DNA of 64,000 bases from an uncultured Chloroflexia bacterium (GCA_963707215.1 CAVPPB010000003.1:1344001-1408000), one strand, 5' to 3'; positions 1 through 10,858 are shown, numbered from the stretch's first letter. The notes: generated from the letters alone by a model not told the origin. Numbers and translations: made by a program.

Positions 1-31
1 ATCCCGAAGCGGCCGTATCGAGGCCAGAGCC

Positions 32-1357
32 ATGGGTCGACTCCGCCTGATCATCCCGTTCGCGCTCGGCGCCGGGGCCGGCGCCGCCGTCGCCATGCGG
101 CTCCGCCAGCCGCCACGGCGGAACGTCTTCCCGCCCGGGCCGGAAGCCGTCGCCCCGGAGGCCGCCCGTGCCCTGGCCGGGCGCTATGCCGCCATCGAGG
201 TCGGCCGGGCCGACCTGGCCATCGAGTACGCGACGGCGACGATCGAGCGGCCGGAGCTGCTCGTCGACGGGCCGGCGTTCTTCCCCCGGATGCTCGACGA
301 CTTCCGCTCGGCCACGAGCTCGATCCACGGCAACATCTACGGGTTCCGGCCGGGCGCCATCGGGGACGAGTTCGCCGATGTCCTGATCGATGCAGCTCGC
401 CGGGGTGTCGAGGTCCGCCTCACCACCGACGAGGTCCAGAGCGGGCCCAATCTCATCTACCGCAAGTTCTGGGCCCCGATGGTCGAGGCCGGCGTACAGG
501 TGACGTCGAACCAGGGGCTCTTCCTGGACCTCGACGGGCTGGTGGGTGGCGAGCTGCGTCTCGATCCCCGTTTCGACGACTTCGGACACTTCCTCCACGA
601 GAAGGCGTTCGTCGTGGACGGACGGGTCGGCTGGGTCGGCGGCATGGGCATCGAGGACCACTTCAACGACGGCGAGTTCAGCGACGTGATGCTGCGCTTC
701 GAGGGCGCGGCCGTCGGCCAGCTCCAGACGATCATCCTGGGGACCTTCCGCCACCAGGGCGGGCCGCTACCGACGGATCCGGCCGGCCTCGAGCGATGGT
801 TCCCGACCCCGGCCGAGCCGTCGTCTGACGCGGTCCGGGCGACGCTCGTCCGGAACGTCCCCGGCGAGGGCTTCCACCAGAACAGCCAGGCCCACCTGCT
901 CCTCATGACGGAGGCCCGCGAGCGTCTCGACGTCATCAACCCGTACGTCACCGAGCACCCGGTCATCGAGGCCCTCATCGCCGCCGCCCAGCGCGGTGTC
1001 AAGGTGCGCCTGATCATCCCCGGCAAGCCGACCCCCGTCTTCATGGCCATGGCCCTGGAGAACAACTACGACCGGCTGAACGAGGCCGGGGTCAGCGTGC
1101 TGAAGCATCCGGTCATGTGCCATACGAAGGTCACCCTCGCCGACGACCGGGTCCTGCTGGGCAGCTGCAACCTCGATGCCCGCAGCCTGTGGATGAACTA
1201 CGAGCTCGGGATCTTCATCGAGGACGCAGCCTTCGCAGAGCAGGTCGGACGCGAGCTGTTCGACGTGGAGTCGGCCAGGTCGACGCCGGTCGAGCCGGCC
1301 CAGGGGTCGGCAGCGATCGTCAACGCGATCGTCGACCGGTTCTGGAAGCTGCTCTAG
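32..1357 (+). CDS. Phospholipase D / cardiolipin synthase-like protein
   Basis: Two HKD motifs (HEKAFVVD, HTKVTLAD..GSCNLD) and an N-terminal hydrophobic anchor. Confidence 0.88.
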   Translation: MGRLRLIIPFALGAGAGAAVAMRLRQPPRRNVFPPGPEAVAPEAARALAGRYAAIEVGRADLAIEYATATIERPELLVDGPAFFPRMLDDFRSATSSIHGNIYGFRPGAIGDEFADVLIDAARRGVEVRLTTDEVQSGPNLIYRKFWAPMVEAGVQVTSNQGLFLDLDGLVGGELRLDPRFDDFGHFLHEKAFVVDGRVGWVGGMGIEDHFNDGEFSDVMLRFEGAAVGQLQTIILGTFRHQGGPLPTDPAGLERWFPTPAEPSSDAVRATLVRNVPGEGFHQNSQAHLLLMTEARERLDVINPYVTEHPVIEALIAAAQRGVKVRLIIPGKPTPVFMAMALENNYDRLNEAGVSVLKHPVMCHTKVTLADDRVLLGSCNLDARSLWMNYELGIFIEDAAFAEQVGRELFDVESARSTPVEPAQGSAAIVNAIVDRFWKLL

Positions 1358-2088
1358 CTGCCCCGGGATGCGGCCGCGGGTCGGTCGAAGGCGATCCCGC
1401 GGTCGCGGAGCGACACCCAGGCGTCGTGGCCGACCACCAGGTGGTCGAGGACTTCGACGTCGAGCAGCCGCCCGGCGGACAGGGCCTCGACGGTCAGGTG
1501 GAGGTCGTCGGGGCTCGGCGTAGGATCGCCGCTCGGGTGGTTGTGCACCAGGATCACCGCGGCCGCATCGAGGCGGACCGCGTCCCGAAAGAGCTCGCCG
1601 ATCCTGACGAGCGAGGTGCTGATGTTGCCGACGTAGACGGTCGTCACGCGGAGCACGACGTTCCTGGTGTTGAGGAGGACGACCCGCAGCTCCTCGCGGG
1701 CCAGATGGCCCATCTGGAGCACCAGGCGATCGGCGATGTCGGCCGGCGTTCGGACCGTCCAGCGGCCGGCCGGCCAGTCCGCCAAGAGACGTCGGCCGAG
1801 CTCGAAGGAGGCCACCAGCTGACCAGCCCGGACCGGCCCGACGCCGGACAGTCCGGCCAGCTCCAGCTCGCTCGCCCGGGCGAGCCCTGCCAGCCCGTCG
1901 TGGCGGACGAGCGCCTCGTGGGCGATATCAACGGCGCTCCGGCCGCGCGCGCCGGATCCCCAGACCAGGGCGACGAGCTCTGCCGCCGAGAGCCCGGCGA
2001 CGCCGCGGAGCGCCAGCCGTTCGCGGGGTCGCTCATCGGCCGGGAGCTCCCGGATGCGTCGCGCGATCGGCTGGTTCGAGCTGACCAT
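1354..2088 (-). CDS. radC: RadC/UPF0758 JAB-domain protein
   Basis: ERPRERL N-terminus, HhH-like GVGP, HNHPSGD..PS..D JAMM motif, LDH; GGAGG RBS before ATG at 2088. Confidence 0.93.
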   Translation of the reverse strand: MVSSNQPIARRIRELPADERPRERLALRGVAGLSAAELVALVWGSGARGRSAVDIAHEALVRHDGLAGLARASELELAGLSGVGPVRAGQLVASFELGRRLLADWPAGRWTVRTPADIADRLVLQMGHLAREELRVVLLNTRNVVLRVTTVYVGNISTSLVRIGELFRDAVRLDAAAVILVHNHPSGDPTPSPDDLHLTVEALSAGRLLDVEVLDHLVVGHDAWVSLRDRGIAFDRPAAASRGS

Positions 2089-2283
2089 CGGACCTCCGTT
2101 GGGATGTCCCCGGACCCCGGACGACGGAGCCCGCCGATCTCCCCGCCATCCGGGACCCGAGGACATCGCGCAGGCTACGGGCGGGGGCTTGCCGGTGACT
2201 CATCCCGGCCTCCACCATGCCTGCACGGCGGGAGCCGGGCCTGGTGGCGACGGGCCGGCGACCCGTCACGAGAGGAGGTCGGG

Positions 2284-2604
2284 ATGATCGCTCGCACCTG
2301 GCGGGGATGGACGAGGGCCGACGACGCCGATGCCTACGCCGACTACGTGGCAGCGACCGGGCTGGTCGCCTACCGGGCGACGCCGGGGAACCGGGGAGCG
2401 TGGGTCCTGACGCGGGTCGATGGCGATCAGGCGGAGATCCTGGCGGTGTCGCTGTGGGACGACCTCGAGGCCATCCGGTCCTTCGCCGGCGAGAGTCTCG
2501 ACCGGGCGGTCTTCTACCCGGAAGACGACCGCTTCCTGGTCGCCCGCGAGACGACCGCCCGCCACTGGGCGGTGCGGTCAGCCGACGAGGCGGCGGAGGC
2601 CTAG
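2284..2604 (+). CDS. Antibiotic biosynthesis monooxygenase (ABM)-like small protein
   Basis: MIARTWRG...PGNRG...SLWD..AIRSFAG...AVFYPED pattern; AGGAGG RBS; C-terminal part of the 1117..2604 ORF. Confidence 0.8.
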   Translation: MIARTWRGWTRADDADAYADYVAATGLVAYRATPGNRGAWVLTRVDGDQAEILAVSLWDDLEAIRSFAGESLDRAVFYPEDDRFLVARETTARHWAVRSADEAAEA

Positions 2605-3670
2605 CCGGAGCTGCCAGCCGCGCCCAGCGCAAGGAGACCGGCAGGGCGTTGTAGGCCGCGTGCAGGCCGATCGCCGCGTACAGGGAGTCCCGGCGGACGA
2701 AGACCCAGCCGAGGGCGAGTCCGACCGGGACCCGGATCAGGAACGCGACGAGGGCCATCTGGATGCCCTCCTCGAATGACGCACCGCCGAGGGTCAGGAT
2801 GTGGACCGCGGCGAAGAAGATGCCGCCCCGGACGATCGCTCGGGTCGGCCCGATGTCGCGAAGCCAGGCCGTGGTGGCGAAGCCCCGGAAGAACACCTCC
2901 TCGGCGATCGGCGCGACGAGCGCGGCCGCGACCACGTTGAGGACGGCCCCGGGGAGGTCCGGCGCACTGGGCAGCGGGCTCTCCGGAAGGGCCAGGAAGA
3001 GACTGAGGACCAGCGCCAGGACTCCCGTCAACAGGACGAGCGGCACACCGAGGACGGCCCCGTAGAGCACGTGGCCGAGATCGGCACGCGTCGGCCGATG
3101 GAGCCCCATCTCGCGCCAGGTCAGGGCCCCGAAGTCGACGACGAGGAGTCGGATCAGGACCACGTAGACCACCGCGGTCAGCAGCAGGCCGAGGAGCCCG
3201 GCTGCCGGCGACATCAGGTCGACACCAACGAGCCCGAGGGGGATCACCAGGAGCAGCTGGAGGACGAAGGTGACCGGGATGACGGCGGCGAACACCAGGA
3301 ACGGCGAGGGGCCCCGGTAGGCGCCGCGAGCGGCTGCCCGCCGCTCCATGGCCTGTGAGCCGGCGCCGGCGACGAGGCCGACGGCGAGCAGGCCGAGCCC
3401 GATCGAGCTCAGGACGATCGAGCTGGACCCACCACCCGACATCAGCCCGACCCCGAGGAACCCCGCCCCAACGATGAAGGCGATCCAGCCCAGCCAGAAG
3501 AGGCCGGGGGCCGCCCGCCCCTCGATGGTGAAGGTCTCGGCCCCTGGGCGGCTCGGGGGTCGCTCGGTCGCCTCCACGTCACCCGTGTCGACCGGTCCGG
3601 GGTCGGACTCGGGCGGCTCCGACCGCGTGAGCGCACCCGGTTCGGGATCGCCCGATCCGGTCGTCGTCAA
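2601..3670 (-). CDS. CPBP (Abi/CAAX) intramembrane glutamic endopeptidase; apparent 1-bp deletion near the 3' end
   Basis: EEVFFRG, FAAVH and HAAYN motifs, multiple TM helices; TTG start overlaps the upstream TGA; restoring one base near 2636 gives VLLALGAAGSSG* at 2601-2603. Confidence 0.82.
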
Positions 3671-4308
3671 CGCTCGGGGACTGGGTCCGTCGGACTGACC
3701 TGGCCCCCGCCTCGCGGCGCCCGACTCCGGGACATCGCCGGCCTCGGCGACGTCGGGCGGGCCGCCGGTCGCTCGCGACCGCGTGCCGGCTCCGTTGGCA
3801 CCGGCATCGCCGCGGGCTCGACCGCTGGGCGACGCTCGAAATCCTTGCCGCACCAGGCGCACAGCGACCAGTCGAGCCCGACCAGCTTGCTGCAGTTGGG
3901 GCAGACCCGGTTGAGACGCGTCCGGCAGGTCGGGCAGATGATCCACTCGTCGTGGACCCGGCGCTGGCAGGTGGGACAGGTATGGATGGCCTCGACCTCA
4001 GCGAGGAGCGCCTCCTCGGCCAGACGCCGCTCGCTCACCTCGCCGATCCGCTCGGACGGCCGTACGAGACGGTAGATGATGACCGCGAGGGGGAAGAAGA
4101 TCGGGGTGAAGACGATGACAAGGGCCGCCGCGAGATAGGGCAGGAACGGGTTGTCGGATCGCCCGTGCATGTCCTTGAAGGCCCAGAAGGCGGCCGCGAG
4201 CCAGAGCACGACGAGGTACACGGCGAGGGCCCGCAGCCCGAGCTGGATGATCGGGCTGTCGATGAACTCGCCGATGGCGTCCGTGATGCCGTCGATCTCG
4301 AAGGGCAT
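3667..4308 (-). CDS. Membrane protein with double zinc ribbon
   Basis: Two TM helices, then CPTC/CPTC/CPNC/CAWC motifs. Confidence 0.85.
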   Translation of the reverse strand: MPFEIDGITDAIGEFIDSPIIQLGLRALAVYLVVLWLAAAFWAFKDMHGRSDNPFLPYLAAALVIVFTPIFFPLAVIIYRLVRPSERIGEVSERRLAEEALLAEVEAIHTCPTCQRRVHDEWIICPTCRTRLNRVCPNCSKLVGLDWSLCAWCGKDFERRPAVEPAAMPVPTEPARGRERPAARPTSPRPAMSRSRAPRGGGQVSPTDPVPER

Positions 4309-4434
4309 GTGGCGGGTCGACGCCTCCGGTCCGATGGTCTGTGACGTCGGCCGCCCGACGTCCGCGGCAGTGTAGCAGCCACGAGCCGCCCATCCTGCGG
4401 GACCGACGAGCAGCTTGCCCGGTGCGTGACGCGG

Positions 4435-5439
4435 TCAGTGCACCCGGGTCGGTCGCCGACCGCCGGTCCGGAGGACCTCCGCGGTCCAGAGTGCCGATCG
4501 CCAAGCGGAAGCCAGACCGGCCAGGGCAAGACCGGCGAACCAGACGATCACGAGGACGGTCGGCACCAGGATGACGCCCGGGCCAGGTTCGCCGAGCACG
4601 GCCCGCCGGGCGGCGTCCCAGGTCCACGAGGAGAGCAGGAGCGGTGGGACGATGAGCAGGATCGAGCCTCCCGTCGCCAGGATCGCCGTGGCGACCAAGC
4701 CGATCGGCGCCGAGACGATCGAGCGCCCCGCGCCCACGAACGACCCGAGGACGCCACGTCCGCCGAGCACGACCCAGCGGACCGCGAGCGCCCCGACAGC
4801 TTCGCTGACGAGCCAGGCCAGCCCCAGCAGGATCAGCGCGTCGGGAACCGCCTCGACGACCCGCAGCACGAGTGGAGCGGTGACGTCCCCCGGCGTGGTG
4901 ACCTCGCGGTAGACGGCGACGACGACGCGGATCAGCGCCCAGCCGAGCGCGGGGGCGAGCGGCAGGAGGGCGATCGACCGGACGACGAACACCCGCCACA
5001 CCTGGCCCCAGGCCGCGCGGCCCGGCGCCCGGTCGTCGAGCCGCCCGAGGCGCCCTCCCAGGATCGAGCCGAACCAGCGCACGAGCACCACATCCGCGGA
5101 TGCCCCGACCAGGCCGCCGACGAGGAACCAGACCAGCAGGGTCGCCGCGACCGACGCGATCAACGGTACGACCGTCGGGTTGGCTCCGGCGAGCGCGAGC
5201 AGGATGATCACCGGGCCGAGGGCCGTCGTCAGGCCCGTCACCGTCGGAAGGACGACGATCGGCAGCACGAAGGCGACCAGGCCGCCGCGGACCAGGAAGC
5301 CGGCCAGGGCCACGGGCCAGGCTGCCGGGCGGAACAGGGCGACCTCCGTCGCGTCCGAGGCGGCCGCGACCCAGCCTCGGCTGTCAGGCCGCTCGGCCGC
5401 CGGGGCGTCGCCGGCGGCGGCCGGCGCCGCGCCGGCCAT
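4435..5439 (-). CDS. Hypothetical polytopic membrane protein
   Basis: Hydrophobic C-terminal part of the 4435..7236 ORF; ATG at 5439 directly after the UPF0182 stop. Confidence 0.7.
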   Translation of the reverse strand: MAGAAPAAAGDAPAAERPDSRGWVAAASDATEVALFRPAAWPVALAGFLVRGGLVAFVLPIVVLPTVTGLTTALGPVIILLALAGANPTVVPLIASVAATLLVWFLVGGLVGASADVVLVRWFGSILGGRLGRLDDRAPGRAAWGQVWRVFVVRSIALLPLAPALGWALIRVVVAVYREVTTPGDVTAPLVLRVVEAVPDALILLGLAWLVSEAVGALAVRWVVLGGRGVLGSFVGAGRSIVSAPIGLVATAILATGGSILLIVPPLLLSSWTWDAARRAVLGEPGPGVILVPTVLVIVWFAGLALAGLASAWRSALWTAEVLRTGGRRPTRVH

Positions 5440-5441
5440 GG

Positions 5442-8400
5442 TCAGGGGACCGGCGAGGGACTGGGGCTGACCTGCGGCGGCGGCGTCCCGACGAGCGTCG
5501 CCAGCTCCGCCAGGGCGGCCTCCACCAGATCCATCTCCGCCCCGTAGGTAGCGAAGTCGCCGGCGCGAAGCGCCTGCTGGGCCAGCTCGAAGTGGAAGTT
5601 GGCGTAGTCGACGAGAGCCTGGACGTCGCCACTGGGGAGGCTCGGTCCCGGGGTCGGGCTGACGCCTGGCGACGGCGACGGCCCGGGGGTCGGCGTGGGC
5701 CCGGGGGTCGGCGTCGGGGTGACCCCCGCGTCGGCCTCGAGCAGCAGGTCGAGCGCCTCGCGCAGCGAGTCCGCCCAGACCACCGAGGTCGGCGAGGCGA
5801 CGACGATGCGCTGGAACTCGGGGAACGACGAGCCGGTGGACTGGAGGTAGACGGGCTGCAGGTAGACGACCGAATCCTGGACCGGGACCACGAGCAGGTT
5901 GCCGCGGATGACCGTGCTGCCGGCCTGGCTCCAGAGGGTGATCTGGGAGCTGATGATCGGGTCCTGGTCGATGAGCGCCTCGACCTGGGCCGGCCCGAAG
6001 ACCGTCGTGTTCGACGGGAACTGGTAGAAGCGGACCTGGCCGTAGACCTCGGGGTCGTTGCGGGCCGCCACCCAGGAGATCATGTTCGGCCGGCCACGGG
6101 GGACCATGGGCTGGAGGAGCAGGAACTCGGCATCCTCCTCCCCGGGCATCCGCATGATCACGTAGTAGGCCTCGCTCGGAAGCGACTGCTCGCTCGTCGT
6201 CCCCGTCGGCACGGTCCAGAGGTCGTCGTTCTGGAAGAACGTCAGCGGGTTGGTGACGTGGTAGCGGCCGAACACGCGGGCCTGGACGTTGAACTGCTCC
6301 TCCGGGTAGCGGAGGTGGCCGGCGAGGTCGTCGGGCAGCTGGTCGAGCGGCCGGAAGAGCTCGGGGAAGATGCCCTGGTAGGCGCGGATCAGCGCGTCGT
6401 CCGGATCGGCCACGTAGAAGGTGGTCGTGCCGTCGTAGGCGTCCATGACGACCTTGACGCTGTTGCGGATGTAGTTGAACGGATCGCCCCCGAGGTTGGT
6501 CTGCTCCAGCTCCGAGGTCGGGAAGAAGTACTCGGCGTTCGGGAAGCGGTCGGTCACCGTGTAGGCGTCCTGGATGAAGACCAGCCCGCCGTCCGGCTTG
6601 GCGACGAGGTAGGGGTCGCGGTCGTAGCGCAGGAACGGCGCGATCCGCGGCAGGCGGTCGGCGATCGAGCGGTGGAAGAGCAGCTGGCTCTCGCTGGTGA
6701 CCTGGTCCGAGATGAGCAGGTTCAGGTCCCGGAAGCGGAGGGCGAACAGGAGGCGGGTCAGCGTCGAGTCGATCGGGATGCCGCTCGAGCCCGTCCAGCG
6801 GTACTCGGCGCCCTGCTCGGTCCCCTCGCCCTCGCTGCCGGTGCCCGACGGGAAGTCGAACTCGGGCTGGCGGGCGCCCACGATGATGTAGTCGCTGGTC
6901 AGTTCGCCGAAGTAGATCCGCGGTTGGGTGATCTCGGGCGCGCCATCGGAGGACACCGGCGGCAGGTCGCGGATCCAGAGTCGCGGCTGACCCTGGCCCA
7001 CGACCTCGTTGACCGGGACCATGACGGCCCCGATGCCGTGGGTGTAGATGATCCGGGTGTTGAGCCAGTTCTGGGTGATCCGCGAGCCGGCCAGGTCGAG
7101 CTCTCGGGCTGACAGCATGACCTGCCGGCGCTCGTCCTCGATGTCGTAGCGGTCGGTGTCGACGTCCAGGAAGTCGTAGTACTGGCGGACCGTCTGGAGC
7201 TGATCGATCGTCGTCCGCAGGGGACGGTAGTCCCACAGCCGGGCGTTGCCGAAGGTGGCCGCCTCGCCCTCGATGTCGGCAGCGCTGAGCGGCTGGTCGC
7301 CGCTGTAGTCCTGGCGCTCCCAGTCGACGAGCCCGTACGACAGCCGCGTCATCGCGATGTTGTAGCGGATGTACGGCTCTTCGTTGGCATAGGGGTTGGG
7401 CGTGACGACGAAGCGCTGGATGATCTCCGGGTAGACCGCCCCGAGCACGATCGAGGCGCCGAACCAGATGACGAGGGCGCCGCCGAGCGGCCAGATCATC
7501 CGGGTGAAGGCCCCGCCGACCAGGAGGGCCGCAGCCAGGGCCGCGATGATGGTCAGCGCGTCGAAGGCGAAGAAGCGGGCGGCCTGGTCAGCGTAGCCGA
7601 TGCCGGTCGCCACGCCGTTGGCGCTATACACGAGCTCGAACTTGTCGAGCTGGTAGCCGAACGCCACCGATACCAGGTACAGCCCGCCGAGGACGGCCAG
7701 GTGGACCCGGACCGGGGTCGGGAAGCTGAAGCCGCCGGCCCGCAGGGCGGCCACGACGTAGCGGCCGCCGGCCACGAGCAGGGCCCCGATGATCACGCCG
7801 TTGGCGATCGACTGGATGAGCCGGAAGAACGGCAGCTCGAACAGGAAGAAGCCGATGTCCCGGCCGAAGACCGGGTCGGTCACCGGATCGCCGCTGGGCG
7901 CGAAGGGGACCCGATTGACCCACAGGAGGATCGTCTCCCAGGCTCCGGAAACGGCAGCGGCCAGGGTGAGCGCCAGGAACACGGTCAGCCCGACCAGCGC
8001 CACGGTGGCGATCGGCGTCAGGTCCGGGAGCTCCTCCGGGCCGACCGAGACCGGTCGGGCGCGGCTCGGCCCCCCGGCGCCCGGGCCGCTGAACGGGTCG
8101 GACCAACCCGATCGCCGCCCATCGGCGTCCCGTGAGGCCTCGGCCAGACGGTCGACGAACGACCGCAGGCTCGGCCCGCCGGGCTGGGGTGGCGGGGCCA
8201 GGCGGCCTGCCAGCCAGAGGTTCGAGAGCAGGATCAGCAGGCCGCCGATGAAGATGCCGAGGAAGAGCCAGAACTCGGTCACGATCCGGGTCCAGAAGAC
8301 GGAGTCGTAGCCGACGGAACCGAACCAGATGGCGTCCGTCCACAGGTCGACCGCGAAGCCGAGCAGCGGGACGGCGACCAGGATGACGACGCCGATGGCG

Positions 8401-8771
8401 ATCGGGATGAGCGCCCTGCGGACATCGGGGCCGCGCCCCTCGGGATCGCGCGGCCGGCGCGGCCGGCGCGTCCGGGGCGGTCGGTCGCCGGGGCCTCCAC
8501 CCGATGCCGGACGGATCGGCTGGGGTTCCTCCGGCTCCGGCTCGCCGACTCGCTCGGCCTCCGGGCTGTCGCCCTCGGATGCATCGTGGAACCCGGTGCT
8601 GACGGGCTCGTCGACCCGCTCGGCCTCCGGGCTGTCGTCCTCGGATGCATCGTGGAACCCAGTGCTGACGGGCTCGTCGTCGGTATCGGGGGCAGCGTCC
8701 GGCTCCCGCCCCTCGGCCTCGGCCTGGCGGCGGCGGAGCTCGTCCATGAAGTCGTCGAACATGTCTCGCAT
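5442..8771 (-). CDS. UPF0182 family membrane protein
   Basis: WF.S.GY..VF, DP.FG.DIGF, N.RLWD, YTHG.G, FNYIRNSVK, YPE..F and GNLLV.P motifs. Confidence 0.93.
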   Translation of the reverse strand: MRDMFDDFMDELRRRQAEAEGREPDAAPDTDDEPVSTGFHDASEDDSPEAERVDEPVSTGFHDASEGDSPEAERVGEPEPEEPQPIRPASGGGPGDRPPRTRRPRRPRDPEGRGPDVRRALIPIAIGVVILVAVPLLGFAVDLWTDAIWFGSVGYDSVFWTRIVTEFWLFLGIFIGGLLILLSNLWLAGRLAPPPQPGGPSLRSFVDRLAEASRDADGRRSGWSDPFSGPGAGGPSRARPVSVGPEELPDLTPIATVALVGLTVFLALTLAAAVSGAWETILLWVNRVPFAPSGDPVTDPVFGRDIGFFLFELPFFRLIQSIANGVIIGALLVAGGRYVVAALRAGGFSFPTPVRVHLAVLGGLYLVSVAFGYQLDKFELVYSANGVATGIGYADQAARFFAFDALTIIAALAAALLVGGAFTRMIWPLGGALVIWFGASIVLGAVYPEIIQRFVVTPNPYANEEPYIRYNIAMTRLSYGLVDWERQDYSGDQPLSAADIEGEAATFGNARLWDYRPLRTTIDQLQTVRQYYDFLDVDTDRYDIEDERRQVMLSARELDLAGSRITQNWLNTRIIYTHGIGAVMVPVNEVVGQGQPRLWIRDLPPVSSDGAPEITQPRIYFGELTSDYIIVGARQPEFDFPSGTGSEGEGTEQGAEYRWTGSSGIPIDSTLTRLLFALRFRDLNLLISDQVTSESQLLFHRSIADRLPRIAPFLRYDRDPYLVAKPDGGLVFIQDAYTVTDRFPNAEYFFPTSELEQTNLGGDPFNYIRNSVKVVMDAYDGTTTFYVADPDDALIRAYQGIFPELFRPLDQLPDDLAGHLRYPEEQFNVQARVFGRYHVTNPLTFFQNDDLWTVPTGTTSEQSLPSEAYYVIMRMPGEEDAEFLLLQPMVPRGRPNMISWVAARNDPEVYGQVRFYQFPSNTTVFGPAQVEALIDQDPIISSQITLWSQAGSTVIRGNLLVVPVQDSVVYLQPVYLQSTGSSFPEFQRIVVASPTSVVWADSLREALDLLLEADAGVTPTPTPGPTPTPGPSPSPGVSPTPGPSLPSGDVQALVDYANFHFELAQQALRAGDFATYGAEMDLVEAALAELATLVGTPPPQVSPSPSPVP
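8546..8679. repeat. 66-bp tandem duplication (2 copies) in the UPF0182 N-terminal linker
   Basis: DEPVSTGFHDASE(D/G)DSPEAERV repeated with near-identical DNA. Confidence 0.9.
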
Positions 8772-8833
8772 CGCCGGGAAGTCTACCCGGAGGCGGCCGA
8801 TGACCCCTCCGGGGCGCGCCTGGCGAGAGTCGA

Positions 8834-9292
8834 TCAGCCGCGCGCGAGGCTGGCGATGGCCCGCCGGAAGGCATCGAGGACGGTCCCGGCGAGCTGGGTC
8901 TCGCCCATCGCCAGGGCCCGGGCCGCCTCGAAACGCATCGCCGCCCGGACGACTGCCGGGGTGCGCCAGGGCCGGGTCGGGTCGGCCGGCGGTACGACCG
9001 GGGCAAGGCGGATGGCCAGGCGTCCAGCCTCCTCGGCGATGAGCCCGGACAGGGATCCGGCCATGGCGGGGCCCACCCGCGTCAGCGGCGGGTCCGGCGG
9101 TGGACCGGCGGTGGGAGCCAGGTCGGTGAACCGAACGATCCCGGCATCATCGGCGACCCACAGGACGGTCAGCCACCACTCGTCGTCGGTCCGCGTCGGC
9201 CGGGACATGCCGACCCGACGGTCGGGTCGGTCGGAGGAGAGCGGACGGTCCTCGAGGAACGACGGTCCGGGGGCAGGGAGGCGCTGGGTCAT
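8834..9292 (-). CDS. Hypothetical protein
   Basis: 152-aa ORF collinear with its neighbours; TATCCT 6 nt upstream of the ATG. Confidence 0.65.
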   Translation of the reverse strand: MTQRLPAPGPSFLEDRPLSSDRPDRRVGMSRPTRTDDEWWLTVLWVADDAGIVRFTDLAPTAGPPPDPPLTRVGPAMAGSLSGLIAEEAGRLAIRLAPVVPPADPTRPWRTPAVVRAAMRFEAARALAMGETQLAGTVLDAFRRAIASLARG

Positions 9293-9358
9293 GGGGCGAG
9301 GATAGCCATGGCCGCGGGCGCCGGCCCCATCGTCGGGCCCGAATGCGGGTCGGCCGGA

Positions 9359-9925
9359 TCAGCGCTCGGCGGGGGCGTCGTCAGCCGGCGTGTCGGCTTC
9401 GGCCGGCGTGTCGGCTTCGGCCGGCGTGTCGGCTTCGGCGGTCTCGACGAATGGCTCCGGGGCCCCGAGCTCGGGGTCCACGAGAGCGTCGGTCGCCTCG
9501 TCGACCGCGATGGCCGCCCGGATCGCCGCCTGGGCGTCGACCGACTCGCCGCGCTCGGCGGCGGCCAGGGCGTCCTCGATGGCCTGCAGCTCGGCCTCGG
9601 CGGAGAGCTCCGAGATCTCGGCGGCCATCTTGAGGCGGAGCATCTCCCGGCGGACCTCGTCCGACGGCGGCGCCAGCGAGCCGGGCGGTGGGGCCGGTCC
9701 GTCGTCGGGCTGCTCGCCGCTGAGCCAGGCCAGGAGGCGGCTTCGCTGGCGGGCCGGCGCGCGGACGGCGTCGAGGACCGCCATCGCATCCACGGAGGTA
9801 ACGCCGGGGACCTGAGCGTCCTCGTCACCGCCGAGGCTGGCGCCGCAGGCCGGGCAGGCAGGCCCCGAGCCGGCGGGGAGCTCGGTGGAGCACCAGGGAC
9901 AGCGGAAGGTCGCGGCGTCGCCCAT
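9359..9925 (-). CDS. Zinc-ribbon domain protein with acidic helical tail
   Basis: CPWC...CPAC; TAGAGT 8 nt upstream of ATG 9925. Confidence 0.7.
   Translation of the reverse strand: MGDAATFRCPWCSTELPAGSGPACPACGASLGGDEDAQVPGVTSVDAMAVLDAVRAPARQRSRLLAWLSGEQPDDGPAPPPGSLAPPSDEVRREMLRLKMAAEISELSAEAELQAIEDALAAAERGESVDAQAAIRAAIAVDEATDALVDPELGAPEPFVETAEADTPAEADTPAEADTPADDAPAER
9385..9438. repeat. 18-bp tandem repeat x3 (intragenic, encodes AEADTP)
   Basis: ccggcgtgtcggcttcgg in three perfect copies. Confidence 0.92.
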
Positions 9926-10021
9926 CGCCGGACACTCTAGCGCGCCGACAACCTCACGGGATAGTCCGATGGTCACGGGTCGGCGATGTGCGGTAGCGGC
10001 CTGCCTCGTGCCCGGCCGCCG

Positions 10022-10858
10022 CTACCTGGCGAAGAACAGCTGCAACTCCAGGACGCCGTCGTCCTCGACCGACACGACGATCGGCGCGCTCGGCATGTCG
10101 ACGCCGAAGTCCGAGAAGACCACCTCGGTCGAACCCACGACCACGACGACGTCGCCCGCGAGGCGGGCCTCGACGGCGAACTCGGCCGGCCGGGTGACGC
10201 CATGGATCGTGAGGTCCCCGACGGCCGTGCCGGACAGCGTCTCGCCCTCGGACGGCTGCGCCCCCAGGTCGAGCGGCTCGGTCAGGACGAACGTGGCGGT
10301 CGGGAAGGTCGACGTCTCAAGGGACCGCTGGATGGCCCCGTCGCGCCGGGTCCGGTCGCTGACGATCCGGGTCAGGTCGGCCTCGATCGTGGCGGTCTCG
10401 ACGGTCGACCCGGAGAACTCCAGCGTGCCGACCACGCCGGGCGTCCGGCCCACGGCGGTCGTCCGCCCGATGCCCTGGCCGAGGACCTCGTCGACCCGGA
10501 AGCCGACCCAGCTGTTCGAGAAGTCGTCGAACGAGCCGACCGACGTGTCGACCGACCAGGACCCGTCGAGGCCGTCTCCGGCGGGGGCGGAGGCGACCGG
10601 CACGGACGGCTCGCTGGACCCATCCGACGACGGCTCCGGGGAGGCCGCAGCGCTGGCAGCAGGGCTCGGCGACGAGACGGCGCCGACCGCATCGTCGATG
10701 TCCACCGCCGACGGCGCGTCGCCGCCGAGGAACAGGAACCAGACGGCGGCACCGGCGACGACGATGCCGGCGATCGCGGCGAGGCCGACGAGCAGCCAGC
10801 GTCGACGGGTCGCCGACGCGTCGCTAGGGGCAGGGGTGGTCGGGGAGCGGTCGGTCAC
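10022..10858 (-). CDS. Membrane-anchored YceI family protein
   Basis: N-terminal TM; W.VD..S.VGFRV.E, SD..RRD, FPTATF and GDLTIHGVTR motifs. Confidence 0.88.
   Translation of the reverse strand: MTDRSPTTPAPSDASATRRRWLLVGLAAIAGIVVAGAAVWFLFLGGDAPSAVDIDDAVGAVSSPSPAASAAASPEPSSDGSSEPSVPVASAPAGDGLDGSWSVDTSVGSFDDFSNSWVGFRVDEVLGQGIGRTTAVGRTPGVVGTLEFSGSTVETATIEADLTRIVSDRTRRDGAIQRSLETSTFPTATFVLTEPLDLGAQPSEGETLSGTAVGDLTIHGVTRPAEFAVEARLAGDVVVVVGSTEVVFSDFGVDMPSAPIVVSVEDDGVLELQLFFAR

Noticed and set aside
32-2088. PLD plus RadC/JAB as an anti-phage or mobile-element module
   Set aside because: The genes are convergent. The PLD is cardiolipin-synthase-like with two HKD motifs and RadC is the full-length chromosomal type. 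No defence or mobility genes are nearby.
9385-9438. CRISPR-like repeats (also 29053 and 29926)
   Set aside because: Head-to-tail repeats with no spacers and no cas genes.
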